A stretch of DNA of 64,000 bases from an uncultured Enterobacteriaceae bacterium (lineage in GTDB: Bacteria; Desulfobacterota; Binatia; Bin18), in contig CAYTVL010000005.1 in assembly GCA_964441775.1 (NCBI GenBank), positions 160,395 through 224,394 on the forward strand, in the 5' to 3' direction. The notes under the pieces are model-generated. The model had not been told where the DNA came from, searched no databases, and was given only the letters and a program-made list of their open reading frames with translations. Each line of letters starts with the position of its first letter. Within the stretch, counting starts at the first letter, position 1. This document shows, one piece after another, positions 29,085 through 37,055 of this stretch. Made by a program: the position numbers and the translations under genes.

Positions 29085-29923
29085 GCTTTTTCTCCACGCG
29101 CATAGCCTCCGACCACGGTCACGTCTCCAGCAAGTACGCGCCGCGGCGTTCCATCATTCTCATCTCGAAGCAAAAGCGCGCCATCACTATCTAGCCCTAG
29201 CACCGTGCCCACAAGGGTTCCCTCTGGCGCCGCAACGGTAATGGACTTGCCTATCAGCGCAGCGGCGTGACGCTCCCACGCAGGTCGGATAGCCAAGAAG
29301 CCTTGTTCTAGCCATAGAACATACAATTTCTCAAGATGGGTCAGCAAAGCCGCAGTAAACGTAGCACGGTCGAGTAGGCGTCCACCGAGCAGAAATAAGG
29401 AAGACGCTTTGTCGTGCAACTCTGGCGGAAACGCTGTGAGCGGGGCATTGATGTTGACGCCAATGCCGAGCACGACTGACCGCAGAGCGCCAGCTTCGGT
29501 CTGCATTTCGGCGAGGATGCCGCAGACTTTTTTCCCGTCCACGAGCACATCATTGGGCCATTTAATGGCGGGCGTAAGGTCACTGACTTCAGAGATCGCC
29601 TCTGCTACAGCGACAGCCGCAAGGAGGTTCAACTGTGGCGCGACCGCCGTCGCAACCGACGGACGCAAAATCAGCGACACATACAGATTCACACCCGCAG
29701 GCGACACCCAACTCCGCCCCAGGCGTCCTTTGCCGCCAGTTTGCTCATCGGCAATGACGACGGTTCCCGCCGGGGCCCCTTCACGAGCAAGTTGGGCGGC
29801 GTACACGTTGGTGGAATCAATCGTTGGAAAAAAATGCAGGGGTCTACCAAGGAACTGAGTAGTAAGCAGTTGAGAGAGTGCGTCAGCGAAAGTTTGGCTG
29901 GGAGGTTCGGCAGCGTCACTCAT
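29081..29923 (-). CDS. birA: biotin--[acetyl-CoA-carboxylase] ligase (group I, no HTH)
   Basis: GGKGRLGRSW biotin-binding loop and KWPNDVLVDGKKVCGILAE. The ATG at 29923 (GGAG 9 nt upstream) is preferred to the GTG at 29932. Overlaps the coaX start by 4 nt. Confidence 0.85.
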   Translation of the reverse strand: MSDAAEPPSQTFADALSQLLTTQFLGRPLHFFPTIDSTNVYAAQLAREGAPAGTVVIADEQTGGKGRLGRSWVSPAGVNLYVSLILRPSVATAVAPQLNLLAAVAVAEAISEVSDLTPAIKWPNDVLVDGKKVCGILAEMQTEAGALRSVVLGIGVNINAPLTAFPPELHDKASSLFLLGGRLLDRATFTAALLTHLEKLYVLWLEQGFLAIRPAWERHAAALIGKSITVAAPEGTLVGTVLGLDSDGALLLRDENDGTPRRVLAGDVTVVGGYARGEKA

Positions 29924-29942
29924 ACATGTCACTCCAAAACTG

Positions 29943-30839
29943 TTAACTTGAGACTTGGCCCCTGGAACCTGGAACCTGAAACTTGGAACTTTGGGCTTCC
30001 ACAGCGATCGCCATGCTCAGGTCCACGGCTGAAACAGAATGCGTCAACGCCCCAATCGAGATGAAATCCACCCCGGTTTCCGCTACTTCTCGGACGCGAT
30101 CGATACTCATGTTGCCGGACGCCTCCAGCAAGGCGCGACCATGTACGAACTGCACCGCCTCACGCATCTGCAGGGTGGACATATTGTCAAGCAGAATAAT
30201 ATCAGCCTGCGCTTCGACTGCTTCTTGCACTTCACTCAGAGTGGTGCATTCAACCTCTATACGAAGTAATGCGGAAACCCGCCGCCGCGCCAACCGTACT
30301 GCTGTTCCAACTCCGCCACAGACGGCGATATGATTATCTTTGATGAGAACACCGTCGTCCAAGCCCATGCGATGGTTCATACCGCCGCCCTGAGTCACGG
30401 CGTATTTATCGAGCAAACGAAACCCAGGCGCCGTCTTGCGCGTATCGATAATCTTGCACTGCGTCCCCGCGATCGCCTCAACAAATTGCCGCGCCAGCGT
30501 CGCTATACCAGACAAGCGCTGGAGGAAATTCAAAAGCGTGCGCTCCGCGATCAATAACGAGGCGGCATTGCCCCATAGCTCGACGACAACTTCCCCCTTT
30601 TTTACAGAGCTGCCTTCAGACTTAAGGAGTCGCGCATCAGCGTCGGCGCTCACCGCTTTCAGCACCATGTCCACCAGAGGCAACCCCGCGATGGTGAGAT
30701 CGGCTTTCGCCGTGATCTTCCCCTGTGCAGTGCAATCCGGCGGAATGGTCGCTAAGGTCGTCACATCGCCGCGACCGAGATCTTCTTCCAGCGCGGTCGC
30801 AATCAGGCGGGATACTGAGGGATGATCGAAGGGGTGCAT
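29943..30839 (-). CDS. nadC: nicotinate-nucleotide diphosphorylase (carboxylating) / quinolinate phosphoribosyltransferase, with a repeat-derived C-terminal extension
   Basis: N-terminal alpha/beta domain and TIM-barrel motifs (DTRKTAPG, ILLDNM). The last ~15 aa (SSKFQVPGSRGQVSS) are encoded by the heptamer repeat tract. Confidence 0.9.
   Translation of the reverse strand: MHPFDHPSVSRLIATALEEDLGRGDVTTLATIPPDCTAQGKITAKADLTIAGLPLVDMVLKAVSADADARLLKSEGSSVKKGEVVVELWGNAASLLIAERTLLNFLQRLSGIATLARQFVEAIAGTQCKIIDTRKTAPGFRLLDKYAVTQGGGMNHRMGLDDGVLIKDNHIAVCGGVGTAVRLARRRVSALLRIEVECTTLSEVQEAVEAQADIILLDNMSTLQMREAVQFVHGRALLEASGNMSIDRVREVAETGVDFISIGALTHSVSAVDLSMAIAVEAQSSKFQVPGSRGQVSS
29962..29996. repeat. degenerate heptanucleotide tandem repeat CTGGAAC CTGGAAC CTGAAAC TTGGAAC TTTGGGC at the 3' end of nadC
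   Basis: Direct reading. It is the same unit as the perfect (GGAACCT)5 tract inside valS. Confidence 0.8.
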
Positions 30840-30979
30840 ATTGAGTAGCCAGTAGTCAGTAGGTAAAACAATGAAGAATTAAAAATGCAAAATGAAGAAT
30901 GAACAACATGTATTTTGTTTTCAATTTCTAATTTTTCATTCTTACTTTTTAATTGGTCTTGCCATGCTGACTACTTCTT

Positions 30980-33640
30980 TCATGCTTCAATTTGCCTTAA
31001 TCGTTCCAAACTTCTTTGTAAGCTCTGCTGCTTTTCTTCGAGCTGCGCAGCGCGGTCACGTTCTTTCTCTACCACTTCTTCTGGGGCTCGGTCGATAAAT
31101 TTGGCGTCTCCTAATTTTCTTTGGACGCCAGCCATCTCGTTCGTCACTTTCCCAATTTCTTTTTCCAAGCGCTTTGTCTCTTCTGTCAAATTCACGAGTC
31201 CCGCCAACGGCACGTGCACCTCCGCACCATCTACCACAGCCAACGCCGCGCCGCGTGGTCGCTCGCCCTCCTGCTGATAACGCAGCTCACCCACCCGCGC
31301 GAGACGCCGCACGAACCCCTCATGCGTACGCAACTGAGTTTCTATCGTACCTGCCTTGGGAATAATAATCGCGGTGAGTTCTTGCGAAGGCGGCAAATTC
31401 ATTTCCGAGCGGATGTTTCGGATGGAACGAATAACGTCCATGACGAGGGTCATGCGCTGCTCCGCCTCCTCGTCTATCCATGCCGCGTCGACCTGAGGAA
31501 ACGCTTGCACCATGATACTGTCATGCTTGCGGCCTTCGTCCAGAGCGTGCCAAATCTCTTCGGAGATGAAGGGCATCACTGGATGTAGCAGCCGCATGAT
31601 CGTGTCTAACACCGTCGCCAGCACTGCTCTCGTGCGCTCTTGCTCCGCGACATCCTTGCTGTCCAACGAAATTTTGCTCAGCTCCAGATACCAATCACAG
31701 AACTCGTGCCATGTGAACTGATACAGCGCCGCCGCCACTTCATTGAAACGATACTCGTCCAACGCTTGCCTGACTTCTGTAACAGTCTTCTGTAACCGCG
31801 ACAAAATCCACCGAGCCGCTAAACTGAGATTTTCCTTGGAACCTGGAACCTGGAACCTGGAACCTGGAACCTGGTTCATGAGGACGAACCGAGCCGCGTT
31901 CCACACCTTATTGGCAAAATTGCGATAGCCAGTAATGCGGTCTGTCGACAGGCGAATATCACGGCCCATCGCGGACATCGCCGTCAACGTGAAGCGCAGA
32001 GCGTCCGTGCCGTATGCTTCCATGATGCTGAGCGGATCGATCACATTGCCTTTGGTTTTCGACATCTTCTGCCCTTGTTCATCGCGAACCAGAGCGTGAA
32101 TATAGATGTGGCGAAACGGCACGTCGCCCATGAACTTCAGGCCCAACATCATCATGCGCGCCACCCAAAAAAAGATAATGTCGAAACCCGTCACCAGTAC
32201 GGAGGTGGGATAGTACGTCTTGAGATCCTCGGTCTGATCCGGCCACCCCATCGTCGAGAAGGGCCAGAGCCCCGAGCTGAACCAGGTATCAAGCACATCC
32301 GTCTCTTGCGTCAGGTTTTTGGAGCCGCACTTCGTGCAGGCAGTGACTTCATCACGCGCCACGATCATCTCGCTGCATTCACCGCAGTACCACGCTGGAA
32401 TGCGATGGCCCCACCAGAGTTGACGCGAGATACACCAGTCGCGGATGTTCTCCATCCACGTAAAATAGGTCTTCTCCCAATGCGTTGGAAAAAACTGCGT
32501 GCGTCCGTCTTTCACCGCCGCCAACGCCACGTCCGCCAGCGGCTTGATGCGCACGAACCACTGATTGGAAAGAAACGGCTCGACCACTGTCTGACAACGG
32601 TAACAGTGGCCCAGCATAATTTTGTAGGGCTCGGTTTTGACCAGCACACCGGACTGCTGCAAATCCTCAACTAAGCGTTTCCGGCAATCGTAACGGTCCA
32701 TGCCAGCATAAGGCCCAGCCTCATTCGTCATGCGGGCCTGTTCATCCAGTACAGAAATGGACGGCAACGCATGCGTTTTACCAATGTCAAAATCGGTGAA
32801 ATCGTGCGCCGGCGTCACTTTCAGTGCGCCCGTGCCAAACTCTTTATCGACACGCAGGTCAGCAATGATCGGAATTTCACGTCCCAGCACTGGCAGCTTT
32901 AGCGTCTTGCCGACCCAGTCACGGTAGCGCTCGTCCTCTGGATGCACGGCCACCGCCGTATCACCCAGCATCGTCTCGGGGCGCGTGGTTGCAATCGTCA
33001 CCGCCCCAGCGCCGTCGCTGCGCGGGTACGAGAGATGATAGAGAAACCCTTCGCTCTCCTTCGGCTCAACTTCCAGATCAGAGAGCGCGGTCTCACAACG
33101 CGGGCACCAATTGATCAAATAGCGTCCGCGATAAATCAGCCCTTCGTCATAGAGCTGAACAAACACCTCACGCACGGCGCGTGACAGGCCGGCGTCCATC
33201 GTGAACCGTTCGCGCGACCAGTCGCAGGACACGCCCAGGGCTTTGAGTTGATTGACGATGTGACCACCCGACTCATCGCGCCACGTCCACACCCGCTCGA
33301 CAAATTTCTCTCGCCCAAGCTGCCAACGGTCCAGGCCCTGCTGCTGCAACTGCCGCTCCACCACGTTCTGGGTCGCGATCCCCGCATGATCTGTCCCCGG
33401 CACCCACAACACTTTAAAGCCATCCATGCGCTTGTAGCGGCACAGAATGTCTTGCAGTGTATTGTTTAGAGCGTGCCCCATGTGGAGCGAGCCGGTGATA
33501 TTAGGTGGTGGGATAACGATGGAGAAGGGTTGTCCATGCGGGTGCTTTTCCGGACGAAAGAAGCCGCCCTCCATCCAAAACGGGAACCAGCGTTTTTCAA
33601 CGGCAGTAGGATCGTATGTTTTTGCAAGCGCCATAGTCAT
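30980..33640 (-). CDS. valS: valine--tRNA ligase
   Basis: HIGH (PPNITGSLHMGHA) and KMSKS (KMSKTKGN) motifs, CP1 editing domain, anticodon-binding domain and C-terminal coiled coil; ~885 aa. The start is ATG 33640 or 33634. Confidence 0.95.
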   Translation of the reverse strand: MTMALAKTYDPTAVEKRWFPFWMEGGFFRPEKHPHGQPFSIVIPPPNITGSLHMGHALNNTLQDILCRYKRMDGFKVLWVPGTDHAGIATQNVVERQLQQQGLDRWQLGREKFVERVWTWRDESGGHIVNQLKALGVSCDWSRERFTMDAGLSRAVREVFVQLYDEGLIYRGRYLINWCPRCETALSDLEVEPKESEGFLYHLSYPRSDGAGAVTIATTRPETMLGDTAVAVHPEDERYRDWVGKTLKLPVLGREIPIIADLRVDKEFGTGALKVTPAHDFTDFDIGKTHALPSISVLDEQARMTNEAGPYAGMDRYDCRKRLVEDLQQSGVLVKTEPYKIMLGHCYRCQTVVEPFLSNQWFVRIKPLADVALAAVKDGRTQFFPTHWEKTYFTWMENIRDWCISRQLWWGHRIPAWYCGECSEMIVARDEVTACTKCGSKNLTQETDVLDTWFSSGLWPFSTMGWPDQTEDLKTYYPTSVLVTGFDIIFFWVARMMMLGLKFMGDVPFRHIYIHALVRDEQGQKMSKTKGNVIDPLSIMEAYGTDALRFTLTAMSAMGRDIRLSTDRITGYRNFANKVWNAARFVLMNQVPGSRFQVPGSKENLSLAARWILSRLQKTVTEVRQALDEYRFNEVAAALYQFTWHEFCDWYLELSKISLDSKDVAEQERTRAVLATVLDTIMRLLHPVMPFISEEIWHALDEGRKHDSIMVQAFPQVDAAWIDEEAEQRMTLVMDVIRSIRNIRSEMNLPPSQELTAIIIPKAGTIETQLRTHEGFVRRLARVGELRYQQEGERPRGAALAVVDGAEVHVPLAGLVNLTEETKRLEKEIGKVTNEMAGVQRKLGDAKFIDRAPEEVVEKERDRAAQLEEKQQSLQRSLERLRQIEA
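31838..31872. repeat. perfect heptanucleotide tandem repeat (GGAACCT)x5, plus a degenerate sixth unit, in frame inside valS
   Basis: Five exact 7-nt units at 31838-31872. The minus-strand translation gives QVPGSRFQVPGSK, lying between the conserved ValS segments FVLMN and LSLAARWIL. Confidence 0.9.
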
Positions 33641-33690
33641 CAATACAAAAGGGGCCCCGTCTCTCGGCGAGAACAGAACCCCTTAGGTTA

Positions 33691-33774
33691 TGCGAAAGGG
33701 GGGAATCGAACCCCCACGGGTTTTACCCCACAGGATCCTGAATCCTGCGCGTCTACCAATTCCGCCACTTTCGC
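33691..33774 (-). tRNA. tRNA-Leu (anticodon CAG), type II with a long variable arm
   Basis: Acceptor GCGAAAG/CTTTCGC, long D-loop, anticodon stem CAGGA/TCCTG with loop TTCAGGA (anticodon CAG), 14-nt variable arm, T-arm GGGGG-TTCGATT-CCCCC, discriminator A; CCA not encoded. Confidence 0.85.
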
Positions 33775-33971
33775 GTGAGACGGATGTATTACCTAACCCA
33801 CCCCCCTTTCTCCTGTCAATCCCGGAGGCGACTCCGCTTTTCTTCTCAAACCTGCCAATCTTTCTCCCAACATTTTGCATTCCTGAGAAAAGTCCATAGT
33901 TTCCCTTGAGAAAAACAACGGCAAAGCCTTTGCTTACTAAGACAGCCAAGAGGAAACAGGAGGAACAGATC

Positions 33972-34928
33972 ATGACGCAACTGTTCAACAAAATTCTCTG
34001 CCCGATCTATTTTGATGAAACGTCTCCCGCCGTTCTCGAATATGCCCGCCACTTCGCCCAGCAGAGCAGCAGCATTATCTATCTGTTCCATGCCGTCCCC
34101 ACCGGGGAGACGCATCTGCTGCGGAAGGTTTATCGCCCGGAACGAGGAGGCGGAGCGGATACGATTTGGGCGGAAAAAGTGTCGCGGGAGAAACTCCAAG
34201 AGTTAGCCTCTGCCCATCTCGCAAGCGTTCGTTATGAGATCATCACTCGTCTCAATAACAATCCCGCCGACGGCATTTTGGAAGCTGCGCAGGCCCTTGC
34301 GCCGGACCTCATCGCGATGGCCACGCATGGGCGTACTAGCATCGCCCACCTTCTTCTTGGCAGTGTCGCGGAAAAAGTTGCGCGCGAAGCGTCCTGCCCC
34401 GTGTTCTCTACTCATCGGAGCGAGGCTCTCGCCGGCTCCAAGCCGTTTCAAAACATTATCGTGCCAGTTGATATTGCTGAACAAGCAATCTCCCTCCTCA
34501 CTTGGGCGCGCCGTCTGGCCGACTATAGTGGAGGGACAGTGTATCCGCTCCACATCGTGCCAAACGATGAAACGGCGCTCCTCCTCAGTGACGTGTATGA
34601 AGCTCGTGAAGGAAATCGCATCAATCTCGTCACCGCCGAAAATGTCGCCCGTAAGAAACTTGCGGCTCTTGCTCATGATTGCTTGAGCGGAGTACGTTAC
34701 AAAACTGCACTCCACGTCAGCAGCGATCCCGCCAAAAGTATCTTAGAAGTTGAACGAGCCGTTGGGGCTGATCTGCTCATCATGGCGACGCATGGCTTCC
34801 ACGGTGTGTTTCACCTTTTGCTCGGCAGTTTGACCGAGAAGATGATGCGCGAGTCAAACTGTCCAGTGCTATCGCTCCGCCAAATTGCCGAGGCGCCGCA
34901 TGCGCCACAAAAACGTCGGCTTGGCTGA
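33972..34928 (+). CDS. universal stress protein, tandem UspA domains
   Basis: Two Usp-type domains each with the ATP-binding-type motif (AMATHGRTSIAHLLLGSVAEKV; IMATHGFHGVFHLLLGSLTEKM). Start taken at MTQLFNKIL. Confidence 0.8.
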   Translation: MTQLFNKILCPIYFDETSPAVLEYARHFAQQSSSIIYLFHAVPTGETHLLRKVYRPERGGGADTIWAEKVSREKLQELASAHLASVRYEIITRLNNNPADGILEAAQALAPDLIAMATHGRTSIAHLLLGSVAEKVAREASCPVFSTHRSEALAGSKPFQNIIVPVDIAEQAISLLTWARRLADYSGGTVYPLHIVPNDETALLLSDVYEAREGNRINLVTAENVARKKLAALAHDCLSGVRYKTALHVSSDPAKSILEVERAVGADLLIMATHGFHGVFHLLLGSLTEKMMRESNCPVLSLRQIAEAPHAPQKRRLG

Positions 34929-34991
34929 GCAAATAGGGGAAGAACAAAGGCCCGGCGATCGAAGAGGGTCAAGAAATACTTGAGAAAATTA

Positions 34992-35513
34992 TCAAGCAGC
35001 TTCGTGGCGCGGCAATTTTCTCGGGAGAATCCGAGCAGGCGCGCCAATGGCGGTCGACCAGGGGGGGACATCGGTCAACACCACGGCGTTGGCGCCGATG
35101 GTAACATCGTCACCAATGGTGATGCTCCCCAAAATTTTGGCTCCGGCGCCAATATCGACACGATTGCCAATCACCGGAGAACCGCGTTCTCCCTTGCGTC
35201 GCAGCCCCACCGTCACTCCGTTGCGAATGGTGATATCATCGCCAAATACGGCGTCGCCGCTGATGATGATGTCGCCGAAATGCTCAATAGTGAACCGCCG
35301 CCCGACAGTGGCTTCACAAGGAAGATCAATACCTGTCACAATCTGTGTGAACACATGGAGTATTTTATACAGAAAAGAAAAGGGTCGTCGTAAAAGCCGG
35401 GAGCGAATAGTGTAGCGCCAACGACCAAAGCGATACACGACCATGACCCACAAACCCTGCCGGGCAAAATCCCTTTCGTAATTGCGCCAGTCCTCGCGCA
35501 GTTGTTCAAACAT
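34992..35513 (-). CDS. serine O-acetyltransferase-like hexapeptide-repeat acyltransferase (CysE/WcaB-like)
   Basis: Left-handed beta-helix hexapeptide repeats (IGNRVDIGAGAKILGSITIGDDVTIGANAVV) preceded by a SAT-like N-terminal helical region. The start is uncertain (M16 of the ORF-track frame chosen). Confidence 0.6.
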   Translation of the reverse strand: MFEQLREDWRNYERDFARQGLWVMVVYRFGRWRYTIRSRLLRRPFSFLYKILHVFTQIVTGIDLPCEATVGRRFTIEHFGDIIISGDAVFGDDITIRNGVTVGLRRKGERGSPVIGNRVDIGAGAKILGSITIGDDVTIGANAVVLTDVPPWSTAIGAPARILPRKLPRHEAA

Positions 35514-35529
35514 GTTGTACACGCCTTGT

Positions 35530-36816
35530 TCAGACCAGCAGCTCGTCTTTGCCACCAAGGCGACCAGACTGTGATTGCTGGTCTTGCCGCCACAGCCGCT
35601 GACTGTGGAGCCGGAGTAAGCAGAGATAGAAACTGGAAAAGACCGTTTGACTGCCCAGGATGAGCGCTAACACGGCAGGAATGACAAGGCGCATGCCGGT
35701 GGAAGGCTCAAGCGCGAAAAAGGCTCGCTGCTGCCATACCCGCACGGCATGGACCGATAGCCCCAGGCCAATCACAATGAGGACAATCCCCACGGCCAAC
35801 CCAAGTTCAAGATAGCTCGCACGCAGCCACTTTTCCACTTTTTTGTTCTTTGGATGAAAACCAGCATTGATCGCCAACACCTTACTGAAGAGCGAAAAGA
35901 GCACGGCTTGAAAACCAAGCACCACGGCAGTGGCGCAGTACAGCATGGTGTGCACATCCAGAACAAAGTGACCAAGAAGATTTGGTCCGAACGCAAGCCA
36001 CAGTCCGAAGACCGCGCCAAGGACCATCAACGCGACGCCAGGGTAAAAGAAGAGCCAACGCGGGCTGTAGAGCAAAAAAAATCGTAGGCTCCGCCAGCCG
36101 TCTCGCCAGGTTCGTAAGTGGGAGCGACCACCACGGCCATCCGGGGAAAGGGTGGTCGGCACTTCCGTCACCCGCATTCCTAGCATGGTTGCTCGCACAA
36201 TCATTTCAAGGGCAAACTCCATCCCCGTGCTCTGCAACGTCAAGTGTCGGAAAGAGGTTTTTTTGAACCCTCGTAGGCCACAATAGAAATCTCCACAGGG
36301 ACTCTTGAAGAAGAGTTGGCCGATCATCGTCAGCACGGGGTTGCCAAGATAGCGATGGAGGAAGGGCATCGCTTTGGACTGAATGCCGCCGGTAAAACGA
36401 TTGCCCACGACGAAATCGAAGCCCTCGCGGAGTTGAACGACAAACGGCATCAGTGCAGTAAAGTCATAACTATCATCGCTATCACCCATGATGACGTAGC
36501 GCCCTTGAGCAGCCATAATTCCCGCCGCCAAAGCGGCGCCGTAGCCACGTTCAGCAACCTCCACCACGCGCACCCCAAGTCGTCGCGCAATCGCTTGCGA
36601 GCCATCGCTGCTGCCGTTATCGGCCACAATGATCTCGCCAGCAATCCCAGCATCGGCAAGAAACCGCTGGGCTTTGTCAATACACGCCTCCAGGGTTTTT
36701 GCCTCGTCCAAACATGGCATGACGATCGATAACTCGATCTCTAGAACTGACAAAGATTCCGCAGACACGACAGAGGGAGTCTGCGGCTGCAACAACGACA
36801 CGGGCTGGGAAAGCAT
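35530..36816 (-). CDS. GT2 polyprenol-phosphate glycosyltransferase (DPM1/ArnC/GtrB-like) with a C-terminal 4-TM domain
   Basis: LSIVMPCLDEAKTL...IIVADNGSSDGS...VIMGDSDDSYD (DXD) GT-A core followed by TM helices. The ATG at 36816 is preceded by AAGGAG. Confidence 0.75.
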   Translation of the reverse strand: MLSQPVSLLQPQTPSVVSAESLSVLEIELSIVMPCLDEAKTLEACIDKAQRFLADAGIAGEIIVADNGSSDGSQAIARRLGVRVVEVAERGYGAALAAGIMAAQGRYVIMGDSDDSYDFTALMPFVVQLREGFDFVVGNRFTGGIQSKAMPFLHRYLGNPVLTMIGQLFFKSPCGDFYCGLRGFKKTSFRHLTLQSTGMEFALEMIVRATMLGMRVTEVPTTLSPDGRGGRSHLRTWRDGWRSLRFFLLYSPRWLFFYPGVALMVLGAVFGLWLAFGPNLLGHFVLDVHTMLYCATAVVLGFQAVLFSLFSKVLAINAGFHPKNKKVEKWLRASYLELGLAVGIVLIVIGLGLSVHAVRVWQQRAFFALEPSTGMRLVIPAVLALILGSQTVFSSFYLCLLRLHSQRLWRQDQQSQSGRLGGKDELLV

Positions 36817-37055
36817 GGCTTCACTCCTTGAAGTCGGCGCGGGGCTGGTCCAAACCCCGCATCTGACTAGAGTAGTATAGCATCCACGGCGCGCTGAAGA
36901 GAAGAAAAATCTCAGCGTCAGGCAAACGCTTATCAATAGCCCAAATGCACCCCGACGAGCCTCAGAGCTGACGAATGGTAAAGGAAGGCTTGCCATCAGT
37001 ATTCCATCCATAGAAAGCTGAAATGTTCACTTGGTAAAGCATTAAGTCGAGAGAC

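Noticed and set aside
29959-31879. Heptamer tandem repeats as a possible CRISPR array
   Set aside because: The units are 7 nt with no spacers and no cas genes, so this is not CRISPR. They are treated as simple-sequence tandem repeats.
31743-31928. 61-aa + strand ORF (…SLEPGTWNLEPGTWFM…)
   Set aside because: It is simply the plus-strand reading of the (GGAACCT)n repeat inside valS.
34203-34715. 170-aa minus-strand ORF inside the universal stress protein gene
   Set aside because: It is antisense to a confident tandem-Usp gene and has no recognisable features.
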